DNA of 64,000 nucleotides. Source: Minisyncoccota bacterium (lineage in GTDB: Bacteria; Patescibacteriota; Minisyncoccia; Phycocordibacterales; UBA5272). The DNA is taken from positions 26,980 through 90,979 of the forward strand of contig JBAZJW010000002.1 of assembly GCA_041651055.1 (NCBI GenBank), read 5' to 3'. Within the stretch, counting starts at the first letter, position 1. Every line of letters begins with the position of its first letter. The notes below the pieces were generated by a model. That model made no database searches and had not been told where the DNA came from. It saw only the letters and a program-made list of their open reading frames with translations. Positions 38,752 through 47,816 of this stretch are shown here, in pieces. The position numbers and the translations under genes are program-made.

Positions 38752-39187
38752 ATACCTTCTACGTGCAATAGCACAGTTGAAAAAGTATTTGGAACCGGAG
38801 GTTAGAACACTTCGGACCAGCCCCGCAATTGAAAAAATAGAAAGTCCCAGAAAGACCATTGAGTATTTTACAGACAGCATCAGTTCTGGGGAAGGAAGCC
38901 TAGATATGGACTCTTCTGAATTTGAAGTGGTTTTTACCGGAGGGTGGTCAAAAGAAGACGATGAGATGATATCAAACATGATACAATCTTCTGGTATTGG
39001 TTGGGAAGAATATCACATAACAAACGCTAGTACGATCTATGTTAATAACAGAAAGAATGCTAACAAAATATTTGAACTAGTTTATGAACAATATAAGGAA
39101 CGGGGATATGACGAATTCATATTGCAAACTGCTTCAGGAGTACTTATTAAAACCAAAGATTCTATCGGACCAAGACAAATAGAGTAA
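38744..39187 (+). CDS. Leader-variant protein (MNKYLLRAIAQLKKY)
   Basis: ATGAATAA overlap with the upstream stop; leader paralogous to the 35583 gene. Confidence 0.5.
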   Translation: MNKYLLRAIAQLKKYLEPEVRTLRTSPAIEKIESPRKTIEYFTDSISSGEGSLDMDSSEFEVVFTGGWSKEDDEMISNMIQSSGIGWEEYHITNASTIYVNNRKNANKIFELVYEQYKERGYDEFILQTASGVLIKTKDSIGPRQIE

Positions 39188-39189
39188 AA

Positions 39190-40374
39190 ATGCTTTCTTA
39201 TGATCAACACTTGGTGGCTGAAGTAGAGCGTCTGGCGGGCGGTGCTCAAATACACGATGTAAGGGACGTGATAGCTACTTACAAAAATTGGTTTTCCGTC
39301 CTAGAACAGGTACCCGATCACGAAGAAGAGGCATTAAAGCGCATAAATGAGTATGAGGATTTATTGCGAGCGTACGTGCAAATGAGAAAATCAGGACAAT
39401 ATCCTAGCATTTACAAAATGAAGGAAAAGTTTCTATCAGAAGTGAAAGGTGCAATGAACATGAAAGGTGCAATAAATAAGGCGATTGAAGTATTGGCTGA
39501 GAAAACCAAAGTGTGGACGTGGGCCGATGATGATATGGAGTGGCGTAGTGTATCAATAAATGCATATGAAAACATACCAGCACGTGATGTACTGGCATTG
39601 GCTGACTCTGCTGGACAGGTAAATTACCCTAGCGTGTTTGTGAAAGAGAAAATAGTAAACGGCGCTCGCGTAATACGCTTTAAATTCGAGTATAATAATA
39701 TTGGATTTACGGTAATTGGTGTACCTACGAGGAGCGAAGCAGAGAAGGCAGTAAAAGGTGCTGGGTGGGGTTATTATTTAGAAGGTTATGAATCTGAACA
39801 GGAAGCCGAAGAAAACAGAGAACAAAGGAAAAAAGACATCAGTGAAAGTAAAATGCTTCGTACTCTTAGAACTACCAAAGACTGGGATTTTGTAGAGAGT
39901 TTGATTGACCAGTATGCAAACAGTTTCGAAGCGTATAGTAACCTATCTTTTAATGAAAACATACCACAGGAAATACTACTTGAATGGGTTGATAGTGTAG
40001 ATGATAGTAATCTTGGACCAGTATTGGGTATGCTCCCGTTTGATGAAGAAAGTTTTGAAGAACTAATAAATGAGTACAAAGATGATGGAAAAATATTAGC
40101 AAGAATCGCAAGCAATCCGTATTTACCAAGTTATGTGGCATTAGAATTATTCAATAAATACTTCAATAGCCGAGATGTGGTATATGCATTGTTGAATGAG
40201 GAGCCTGCATTTACTTTGGAACAATTTGAAAAGATAGTTAATAGATACAAGAATGACAAGTGGATGATGAATAGCGTGTATTTTACTTTAAAGGATCATT
40301 ACAAGAAATCTCCGGAAAGAGACGATATTATCGAAAGAACGGAAAAACTACTCAAAAAATGGTTCCGTATATGA
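39190..40374 (+). CDS. Hypothetical protein; contains an internal leader motif (MNMKGAINKAIEVLAE at codon ~85), so it may be two genes or start internally
   Basis: The segment after the motif is paralogous to the 40436 gene (KAIEVLA..T.VW.W...MEW). Confidence 0.45.
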   Translation: MLSYDQHLVAEVERLAGGAQIHDVRDVIATYKNWFSVLEQVPDHEEEALKRINEYEDLLRAYVQMRKSGQYPSIYKMKEKFLSEVKGAMNMKGAINKAIEVLAEKTKVWTWADDDMEWRSVSINAYENIPARDVLALADSAGQVNYPSVFVKEKIVNGARVIRFKFEYNNIGFTVIGVPTRSEAEKAVKGAGWGYYLEGYESEQEAEENREQRKKDISESKMLRTLRTTKDWDFVESLIDQYANSFEAYSNLSFNENIPQEILLEWVDSVDDSNLGPVLGMLPFDEESFEELINEYKDDGKILARIASNPYLPSYVALELFNKYFNSRDVVYALLNEEPAFTLEQFEKIVNRYKNDKWMMNSVYFTLKDHYKKSPERDDIIERTEKLLKKWFRI

Positions 40375-40435
40375 CCATCTACTGACGATTGAAAGGGTGC
40401 TTGCGTAGAGTGCATAGGAAGGGGTTGGCGGCAAA

Positions 40436-40837
40436 ATGAGTAACATTGCAAAAGCTATTGAAGTACTGGCTGGCGAGACCAGGGTGTGGAATTGGAATGA
40501 GATCGGGATGGAGTGGACATCAGCCTTGGTTGGTGTCTCTCCTACGGATTCTGGTGACAAGATTAGTATTATGTATGATGTAGCTATTGGTAATTTAGAC
40601 GAGAGTTTGATTGATTGGAGCAATAAAGATGGAATGTATGGTTTAGAGAACACAGACTTCTGGGGTTTGCCTGTTAAAGATGATAAGGTTGGCAATTTTA
40701 GGGTGTTACACACTCCATGTCAAGATGGTCATGTAGATCAAGCATTGTTGGTAGTGGGGCCTAAATCTGCCAAAGAAGCACAACAGGCTGCTATGAAGGC
40801 AGGGTACGGTGAATGGTTTGAAGATTTGCAAGAATAG
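40436..40837 (+). CDS. Leader-family protein (MSNIAKAIEVLAGE)
   Basis: ORF. Confidence 0.5.
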   Translation: MSNIAKAIEVLAGETRVWNWNEIGMEWTSALVGVSPTDSGDKISIMYDVAIGNLDESLIDWSNKDGMYGLENTDFWGLPVKDDKVGNFRVLHTPCQDGHVDQALLVVGPKSAKEAQQAAMKAGYGEWFEDLQE

Positions 40838-41333
40838 GCGTCCCTCTACTATTGAGGCAGAACGGTTGGCAGAAACATCTGATGACGGTGTGGCATACAT
40901 AGTAACCTACAACGATAACTATCCAAAGCGTGAATTGGACAGACGTGAAGTAAAACCAAGAAAGCAAATGCAGTCTTTAGAGGATGTGGGTAGGTCGTGG
41001 TTGCTGGATCCCGTGGTGCCTGAACACGGACAGTTTCCCAAAGAAAACAAGAGGAGGTCTTCAATGATAGTTAGAGCAAGGGACGTGTGGACTGATGAGG
41101 AAGTAGATATTTCTAGACTCATTAAGTTTGCACAAGCTTGGGAACAAATGGGCAGCACAGTATCTAGACAGTTGATAGCTATCATGGAGAGTCCTGAGGC
41201 TGAGGTAAATCCACGTGCTATCTCTGAAGCTAAAGACTTTATTGGTGGTTTTCACGAAGAGATAGATGCTGCAATCGCTGAGTTTGAAAATACCATGGAA
41301 CATGCCAGCAGGCCCGGTGATGATGAGGAATGA
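40809..41333 (+). CDS. Hypothetical protein
   Basis: ORF; start uncertain. Confidence 0.4.
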   Translation: MNGLKICKNRRPSTIEAERLAETSDDGVAYIVTYNDNYPKRELDRREVKPRKQMQSLEDVGRSWLLDPVVPEHGQFPKENKRRSSMIVRARDVWTDEEVDISRLIKFAQAWEQMGSTVSRQLIAIMESPEAEVNPRAISEAKDFIGGFHEEIDAAIAEFENTMEHASRPGDDEE

Positions 41334-41344
41334 GGGCAGATGCT

Positions 41345-41764
41345 ATGAAAAAGATGATAGTAAAAGCTATTGACATGCTATCTGTAAATGGTAGTTCTCA
41401 AGAAATAACTGAAGAAGACATAGCCAAGGTGGTTGGGTCCAAACCAGATCACTTTGAAACTGGGATGCATGATAATTCTGTGTATGCAGCTTATTTCAAC
41501 ACCTCTATGAAGCGTTCCCCTAAAGGAATTCATGCCGATGGTGAGTATGGTGAAATATTTATAGATAAAAATGCTCATGTTTATGTTGGTATCTTCAATC
41601 CAGAGTATGATGAGAGTGATGAATACGATGAAGACGAAGATCTTCCAGAACAGCAATTTAATTTTTTCCATGGTACATATCCTGGTACCACAGTACACAG
41701 TTTAGCTGAACTAGAAGAGGTTTGGAACAGCGACGATTGGCACCAGGGCGATCTCACATTGTGA
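41345..41764 (+). CDS. Leader-family protein (MKKMIVKAIDMLSV)
   Basis: ORF; an alternative start at 41330 is possible. Confidence 0.5.
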   Translation: MKKMIVKAIDMLSVNGSSQEITEEDIAKVVGSKPDHFETGMHDNSVYAAYFNTSMKRSPKGIHADGEYGEIFIDKNAHVYVGIFNPEYDESDEYDEDEDLPEQQFNFFHGTYPGTTVHSLAELEEVWNSDDWHQGDLTL

Positions 41765-42405
41765 TGTTAAATACCTGGCTTGAACAAATCGGCAGCGTGC
41801 ACGGTATACAAATAAAGTACAAGGATGAGTCCATATTTATGAAGTTTCTTGGGTTGATATTATTTTTTAATAAGAATTTTGCTAGCTGGTATACCACCAC
41901 TATCGGCAATACTATTTATTTTCCAACTCGTAAATGGGTGCAGGAGTGGGAAGATCGAGCGGTAAGAGTGTGCTGGCATGAATTGGTACATGTATTAGAT
42001 AGAAAGATGCTAAATGATAGATTTCCATTTTTCTATGAGCTGATTTATTTATTTCCGCAATGCTTGGCTGTACTGTCAGTATTTTCGCTGTTGTCATTTT
42101 TTTCGCTGTGGTTTTTATTTGCGTTGGTGTTTTTGATTTTTCTTGCTCCCATACCTTCCTGTGGTCGTGCCTGGTTAGAGACCAGGGCCTATGCCATGAA
42201 TATGTACATAAGCTATTTAAAGATGGGTGAAGGTTACAATGCTGAACAGCATGTGCAAGTGTTTGAGCCGGAATTTATGAGCGTGAACTATTATTACATG
42301 AGTGGTGACTGGAAGCAAACTAAGGAAAATTTGATAAACTGTTTACGAAAATTGCCGCAAACGCACGTTGCATTCAAAAAAGCACGAGACTGGTATTCCA
42401 AGTAA
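41764..42405 (+). CDS. Membrane protein with HExxH motif
   Basis: HELVHVLD motif; transmembrane helix FSLLSFFSLWFLFALVFLIFLAPI. Confidence 0.45.
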   Translation: MLNTWLEQIGSVHGIQIKYKDESIFMKFLGLILFFNKNFASWYTTTIGNTIYFPTRKWVQEWEDRAVRVCWHELVHVLDRKMLNDRFPFFYELIYLFPQCLAVLSVFSLLSFFSLWFLFALVFLIFLAPIPSCGRAWLETRAYAMNMYISYLKMGEGYNAEQHVQVFEPEFMSVNYYYMSGDWKQTKENLINCLRKLPQTHVAFKKARDWYSK

Positions 42406-42450
42406 TTTATCAGCTCAAGAAAAACAGTACAAGGGTGTAATGGAGGGGCC

Positions 42451-43383
42451 GTGGTAAATATAAAGAGAGAGTCGTATTCGAGTGTGCCTTTCTATTCCTT
42501 ATCGGCATCAAAAGTGGACTGTTTCATGGGGTGTCCTAGATTATTTTTATATAGATACCTGAGAAAGCCATTTGACATACAAGAAAACAAATATTTTGCT
42601 TTGGGAAACTTGGTACACAAGACACTCGAAGTCTTTCACCTAATAGCACAATTTGGTACGATGGTGGTGCCGACCACCACAGCCACAGGACAAAGAGCAC
42701 CTTTTGATCCTACTCAAGCTGCAGAGCTGATGAAGTACGCCTTTTATGTAGCCATGCAACAGGAGGGGTCTGAATACAAATTTAGATTAGGGATACTGTC
42801 CAAAGAAGACCTGCAAAGTGCTAAGAACATGCTCAAGAATTATTTAAAGACTGTGAATTGGAATGCAACTACTGTGGGTGTTGAAATAAAGTTTATAATT
42901 GACATAGAGGGCATCGAGGTACACGGAAAGATAGATAGAGTGGAACTAGATGGGAACGTGTTGAGAATAATAGATTACAAGACCAACAAAAGACCGTATT
43001 CAGAAAAAGAAGTTGAAGAGTCTGTGCAGCTAAGTACTTACAGTCGTTGGGTGGAACAGTCAAAAAATAAGATCATGGAGCATTTTGGTGTTGAGTCGAT
43101 AATACCAAAATATGAATATAACTTCCTGCTTTCTCAAAAGAAGCGAGAGTATACTGTCTCAGAGGCATCTTTACGTGCGGATGCAGAGAAGTACAAGAAG
43201 ACCATGAGTGCCGTGAGATCTGGAAAAGGATTTCATCAAAACTTCAGGTATAAGATGTGTGGTTTGTGTGACTATAAAGGGTACTGCCTAGAGGACAAGA
43301 AGAATGACATCACAGTGAATGATGATAGATGTGCGGAGTGTGACGGTGTTGGGTGCGCTGTTTGCCGAGGAGGGTCTAACTAA
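42451..43383 (+). CDS. PD-(D/E)xK nuclease of the Cas4/RecB family with Fe-S cysteines
   Basis: N-terminal CPRLFLYRYL; GKIDRVELDGNVLRIIDYKT; C-terminal CGLCDYKGYC. Confidence 0.6.
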   Translation: MVNIKRESYSSVPFYSLSASKVDCFMGCPRLFLYRYLRKPFDIQENKYFALGNLVHKTLEVFHLIAQFGTMVVPTTTATGQRAPFDPTQAAELMKYAFYVAMQQEGSEYKFRLGILSKEDLQSAKNMLKNYLKTVNWNATTVGVEIKFIIDIEGIEVHGKIDRVELDGNVLRIIDYKTNKRPYSEKEVEESVQLSTYSRWVEQSKNKIMEHFGVESIIPKYEYNFLLSQKKREYTVSEASLRADAEKYKKTMSAVRSGKGFHQNFRYKMCGLCDYKGYCLEDKKNDITVNDDRCAECDGVGCAVCRGGSN

Positions 43384-43613
43384 TGTACCATTATGATATA
43401 CGCAGGAGAAGCAACGCAGCACTTGCCCTTCTCAAGGAATTGGCTGTAACACACGGACCATTGTTCATAACGCATGACTTGAAAAAGACTGAAATGGATG
43501 ACCTAACCAATTATCCATTCGTTGTATGTGCGGATGAGCACAAAATTGAAGTAATAAAGGACAGGCTTGGAGGTTTGTGCGGGGCTTGTATCTGCGTAGA
43601 CTACGAGACGTGA
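43383..43613 (+). CDS. Hypothetical small protein
   Basis: ORF. Confidence 0.4.
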   Translation: MYHYDIRRRSNAALALLKELAVTHGPLFITHDLKKTEMDDLTNYPFVVCADEHKIEVIKDRLGGLCGACICVDYET

Positions 43614-43627
43614 GGTGGAGGTGCGCC

Positions 43628-43831
43628 GTGGACAATAACAAACTTTTCGCGAATCTGTTGCGTCGTATTAATCGTAGGTGGTGGGTGCAATATTATGAAA
43701 CACCGGTGTTTGAATCAATCAGAGACGAGGATTATACGATGTATGGCATCGCGTATTACAGATGGCTGCGACGACTTGAACTACGGAAGATAATTGATTC
43801 TTCGAAAGTTTTTAATGCAACCATAGAATGA
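43628..43831 (+). CDS. Hypothetical basic small protein
   Basis: GTG start after gaggtggagg. Confidence 0.35.
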   Translation: MDNNKLFANLLRRINRRWWVQYYETPVFESIRDEDYTMYGIAYYRWLRRLELRKIIDSSKVFNATIE

Positions 43832-43846
43832 GTAAGGTGGTGTGGT

Positions 43847-44029
43847 ATGCATGAAAGCATGCGCAAAATGTTTGTTTATGCGATGCGCGTACTAAAATTA
43901 AGCAAGTTCTTTATTGGTCTTTCTGACAAAGAAAAGCGCACTGTCATAAAGAGGCTTAGATTCCCTTTTGTGTATGGAATCCTTTCGTCAGACATTGAAG
44001 AGGTACTTGAAAATGTCAAGAAAAATTGA
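43847..44029 (+). CDS. Hypothetical small protein
   Basis: RBS aaggtggtg. Confidence 0.35.
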   Translation: MHESMRKMFVYAMRVLKLSKFFIGLSDKEKRTVIKRLRFPFVYGILSSDIEEVLENVKKN

Positions 44030-44429
44030 TCTTTGTGATGGTAAGTACACTATCATCATTCCTGATAACTGGGGCAAAGAAAAATTCGAATGCCTGCGAT
44101 ACGGCGAAAGTTGGCGTGATTTGACCGGCGACAAGATGGTTGCAGCTTTATGTGAGGAAATCATAGAACTTCAAGAGAGCATTAAAAGTGGATGTAAAAC
44201 GCACGTGATAGAGATTGAGGCGTGTAATACTGCGCTGAAATACGAGAGCGAGAAGTGGGCGGAATGGGAGGCTAAAGCCAGGCTGCTTGCTATGCAGGCA
44301 GCAGAACTGGCTTATGACGCCTACGGTGCTGATGCCAATCCGGAATACTGGTTGGATTGGGTAGAAATGGTTATTAATGCGTGTGACTCCATAAATAAAT
44401 TCTTGGTGTGGGCTGTAGCAAAGGAGTGA
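44016..44429 (+). CDS. Hypothetical protein
   Basis: ORF. Confidence 0.4.
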   Translation, partial: SRKIDLCDGKYTIIIPDNWGKEKFECLRYGESWRDLTGDKMVAALCEEIIELQESIKSGCKTHVIEIEACNTALKYESEKWAEWEAKARLLAMQAAELAYDAYGADANPEYWLDWVEMVINACDSINKFLVWAVAKE

Positions 44430-44433
44430 GGTA

Positions 44434-44694
44434 ATGACTGCAGGCGAAAGACTGATTTGGGCTGCTTGGTTTGTAAAAGTGTTGGATTTTAATACCAATA
44501 ACACAGAAATACTAAAAGATTCGAAAAAATGGGAAGAGTTTGAAAGTGCTCGTATGCATCAAGCGGCAGAATCTGCAACAGGTATTGTTAATAGATTGCG
44601 TGAACAAGCAGATAGCATAGAAGATGGTTTTGGTTTAAATTCTCCGGTTACGAGAATGGTGCATGACATGCTTGGTTTTTATAAACCTGTGTGA
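44434..44694 (+). CDS. Hypothetical protein
   Basis: RBS gagtgagg. Confidence 0.4.
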   Translation: MTAGERLIWAAWFVKVLDFNTNNTEILKDSKKWEEFESARMHQAAESATGIVNRLREQADSIEDGFGLNSPVTRMVHDMLGFYKPV

Positions 44695-44754
44695 AGAAAT
44701 TATAGAACTTCAAGAAAAGCTTGAAGTATATAAGGAAGCGAAGGAGACGAACAA

Positions 44755-45279
44755 GTGACTAATACGATAAAGCTGGGTGTTGATGGTGATGCTGCATACG
44801 CTCTTTATGGGGGAGACTTGGGCAGCGGTCAAGCACATTTTGTTGACATCGCAGGTGAATACAAGGATGATCCAAATAAGGTGTACGTAAGCTGTCTGGC
44901 TGCGTTTTATTCGTTGAGGGAAGACCTGCATCAACAAGGCATAGAAATTGGAGCACTGAATTATGAGTGGGCAGATGAGGCAAAAGCATTGATGTTTGGA
45001 CCACCTAGTCAGTTCAACTTCATAGAAATAGGCAAGATTCGTAAAATAAATCAGGGAAAACTATGCAATCTTCAAAAACCCCAATCTTACGTAAAGATAA
45101 ACAGTGTGGAGATTTGCAAAGGTGAGAGCATGACGGCGTATCTGGTTGTGGAAGACAACATCAGGATTCAAGTGGAGTTGCATGTAGATCGTGCTGGAAC
45201 TCCCAGAGTACTTGTTAGTAAGAAGGATGCTTTGATAGTTAATTGCTTCGAAAATGTATACGGAGAAGAAGATGAGTAG
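44755..45279 (+). CDS. Hypothetical protein
   Basis: GTG start with RBS aaggag. Confidence 0.45.
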   Translation: MTNTIKLGVDGDAAYALYGGDLGSGQAHFVDIAGEYKDDPNKVYVSCLAAFYSLREDLHQQGIEIGALNYEWADEAKALMFGPPSQFNFIEIGKIRKINQGKLCNLQKPQSYVKINSVEICKGESMTAYLVVEDNIRIQVELHVDRAGTPRVLVSKKDALIVNCFENVYGEEDE

Positions 45280-45763
45280 AACAAAACTTGCAGTACGTAC
45301 ACTTGCCCCAACTGCCACTCTTATTGTGTTGTTTGTTTCTCTGTGTATTATTAAAGGGTGCTGCGGTAATGACACCGAAGTTGATGTTGATAACACAGAA
45401 CTACTGTCAGTGATCAATGTAGACGATACTTGTTGGATTTGCAAAACAGCAGCGTGTGTGAACATTGATCGGGTACAATTATGGTACTGCAATGACCCAG
45501 ACGTAGTTTTTTCGTTCATTAACGGGTACCGCATGATGATGTATTCTGTTGGGTGCGAACAATTTAAGGAGGCCATGATGAAATGCGGAAAGAAGCATGT
45601 ACAAGCAGAAAAAGTAACAATAGACGATACGGACTCTCTGTACCATCTTTGTGATTTACGTTTAGCCGCCTGCGAAGCATCTGGTGAGAAAGAAGCCTGT
45701 GATCGTGCCGAAGACTGCGTACAGGCACGGTATCGCGCTGAGTTGGCGAATTCAATGAGATAA
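45272..45763 (+). CDS. Secreted Cys-rich protein (signal peptide, possible lipobox)
   Basis: MSRTKLAVRTLAPTATLIVLFVSLCIIKGC followed by many Cys. Confidence 0.45.
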   Translation: MSRTKLAVRTLAPTATLIVLFVSLCIIKGCCGNDTEVDVDNTELLSVINVDDTCWICKTAACVNIDRVQLWYCNDPDVVFSFINGYRMMMYSVGCEQFKEAMMKCGKKHVQAEKVTIDDTDSLYHLCDLRLAACEASGEKEACDRAEDCVQARYRAELANSMR

Positions 45764-45768
45764 ATAGT

Positions 45769-45969
45769 ATGAAAACGAAGAAGACAGTGGATCTAGAAGC
45801 CGTGCGTACTGCTGTAGCTGACTATATGAGGAGCGAAGGCTGTTCGTGTTGTCAGAATCGGGAAATGCATAAATTACACGAAGAAGTATTAGCCAAATTG
45901 CTGCATGTTAGAAAGTACAAGGACGGATCCGGGTACGACTTCGGAAAATACGAATCAAAGAAGGAATAA
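45769..45969 (+). CDS. Hypothetical small protein
   Basis: ORF. Confidence 0.4.
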   Translation: MKTKKTVDLEAVRTAVADYMRSEGCSCCQNREMHKLHEEVLAKLLHVRKYKDGSGYDFGKYESKKE

Positions 45970-45973
45970 AATC

Positions 45974-46366
45974 ATGACTTCTGCGCTCAAAGGTGTGGAG
46001 TGGTTTGCAGAGGAAAATGCCAGGCTTAATGCCCGTATAGCAATATTAGAAGCTCGCATAGAAATGATTGAACTTGAGCGTGATAATGCATGGGCTGAGG
46101 TGGCCGAGTTAGAGTCAAAGAACGCTGTGTTGGTAGAGCAGGCCATGCACATCAAGTGCCCGTGGCATGAGAAGTTTATAGCCGCAGAGGAGAAGGCCGA
46201 GAGGTGGAAGCGGGCGGCTGCGTTGCTTGCTCCCCGCAATCAGCAAGACGCTAGTGAGACGGTGGAAGATACTGTGGCGTGGGCGTACTCGGAAGCCGCG
46301 CCCAAAGAGCCTGGTGCTGTGTGTCCAGAGTGTGGTGGTAGCGGCAAAGTAAGGACCCGAGGATAG
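45974..46366 (+). CDS. Coiled-coil protein with C-terminal CPECGGSGKV zinc knuckle
   Basis: ORF; C-terminal motif shared with the 48987 gene. Confidence 0.45.
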   Translation: MTSALKGVEWFAEENARLNARIAILEARIEMIELERDNAWAEVAELESKNAVLVEQAMHIKCPWHEKFIAAEEKAERWKRAAALLAPRNQQDASETVEDTVAWAYSEAAPKEPGAVCPECGGSGKVRTRG

Positions 46367-46440
46367 GTATTGGATTGGATCTGCACCATGCCCTACCTGC
46401 AGCCAAAAGCGTTCGGTGTCTCAGGAAAAGGAGGAATGAG

Positions 46441-46605
46441 ATGGTATCAAATAAACGTGTAGTGCGCGCAGACCAGTCTCCGATGAACCCGAAGCGATGG
46501 TGCTTGACGTTGGAGTGCGGACACGAGGTGTGGGTTACTGCCAAGCGACGTCCGAAACGTGCAATGATCATCTGTGTGGAGTGCGGAAGAAGTAAAAATG
46601 TTTGA
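46441..46605 (+). CDS. Small zinc-ribbon protein, paralog of the 53770 gene
   Basis: RBS aaaggagg; PMNPKRWCLTLECGHEVWVTAKRRP; about 80% nucleotide identity to the second copy over ~75 bp. Confidence 0.45.
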   Translation: MVSNKRVVRADQSPMNPKRWCLTLECGHEVWVTAKRRPKRAMIICVECGRSKNV

Positions 46606-47572
46606 TAAGAAAGTACTGCTGATTGGTGCCGGTGGTTTGCTGGGGCAAGCCATCGTTGCAGAATATAACAAGTTGTTTGTTCGTAAACTGCTAAGCTTTT
46701 TTCTAATACACAGAAACAAAAAACAGTTAGATATCACCAACAGGATCCGAATAGAAGAAGCAATCAGTGTTTACAGCCCAAACATCATTATCAACGCCTC
46801 TGGATACACCAACGTAGATGGTGCTGAAAAAGAACCAGAACTGTGTAACAAAATAAATGGTATAGGGGTGCGGAATCTAGCAGAAGCAGCAAACCACTTA
46901 GGTATCAAAGTCATTCATATTTCTTCTGATTATGTATTTTCCGGGTCCGCAAGAAAGCCGTATGCTATCGACGCACAATTTGCCCCTATAAATACCTACG
47001 GAAACAGTAAGGCGGTTGGTGAGATCAATATAAGGAGCACTTTAGATCCAGCATTCTACAAAATAATTCGTACAAGCAGCTTATTTGGTCCGTACAAGGA
47101 GAATTTTCTATACAGGCTAATTCGCAGGATCGTAATTTCTTCTGATTTAACCGCGCCTATTATCATGACCGACAAGATGCGCACAGCTATAACCAACGCA
47201 AACGAGCTAGCAAGGTTTATATTGAATCTGTGCGAGCACGACCACTTGTATAAAGCGTTTGACAATACCATTCATTTTACAAATACAGGTAGTATGACTA
47301 GGTATGAATTAGCCAAGAAAGTGATACATGGGCTGGGTGTGGATGAACATGTACTCAGAAAGGGTGATTTTGTAGCAAAAGAGTCAGCAGCGAAAAGGCC
47401 AACATACTCCGTATTGGATCTTAGTAAAACGGTTGACAGGTATACAGTAAATTCCTGTGAACATGTTCTAGATGAGTACATAAAGACATTTGCTTTATAC
47501 GATATATTGAAAGCGTGTAATGTACCAGTAAAACAAGTTTCGACGTGGGTGAAGAGGAGACAGGAATTATGA
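46598..47572 (+). CDS. rmlD: dTDP-4-dehydrorhamnose reductase (RmlD)
   Basis: VLLIGAGGLLGQAI Rossmann fold, LDITN, IHISSDYVF, YGNSKAVGE (YxxxK catalytic motif). Confidence 0.8.
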   Translation: MFDKKVLLIGAGGLLGQAIVAEYNKLFVRKLLSFFLIHRNKKQLDITNRIRIEEAISVYSPNIIINASGYTNVDGAEKEPELCNKINGIGVRNLAEAANHLGIKVIHISSDYVFSGSARKPYAIDAQFAPINTYGNSKAVGEINIRSTLDPAFYKIIRTSSLFGPYKENFLYRLIRRIVISSDLTAPIIMTDKMRTAITNANELARFILNLCEHDHLYKAFDNTIHFTNTGSMTRYELAKKVIHGLGVDEHVLRKGDFVAKESAAKRPTYSVLDLSKTVDRYTVNSCEHVLDEYIKTFALYDILKACNVPVKQVSTWVKRRQEL

Positions 47573-47796
47573 AATACAAAGTGCAGGTTGATTTGACATT
47601 AGATTGTGGGTCAAAACACTGCAGAAACTGCAGATTTCTGGTTACCACAGAAACCATACGCTATACACATGTTTATGTTGAAGAATTTAGCCACACAATA
47701 CGCTGTACTTTGTTCGACAAAATTGTGGAATTTAGAGGGTTGAATGCAATGCGTTTGGATGAGTGCTTGCGATTTCTTAAAAAACTAGGTAAATAA
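47569..47796 (+). CDS. Hypothetical Cys-containing protein
   Basis: ORF overlapping the rmlD stop. Confidence 0.4.
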   Translation: MKYKVQVDLTLDCGSKHCRNCRFLVTTETIRYTHVYVEEFSHTIRCTLFDKIVEFRGLNAMRLDECLRFLKKLGK

Positions 47797-47816
47797 CTGC
47801 AGGTGGTTTAGGATCG

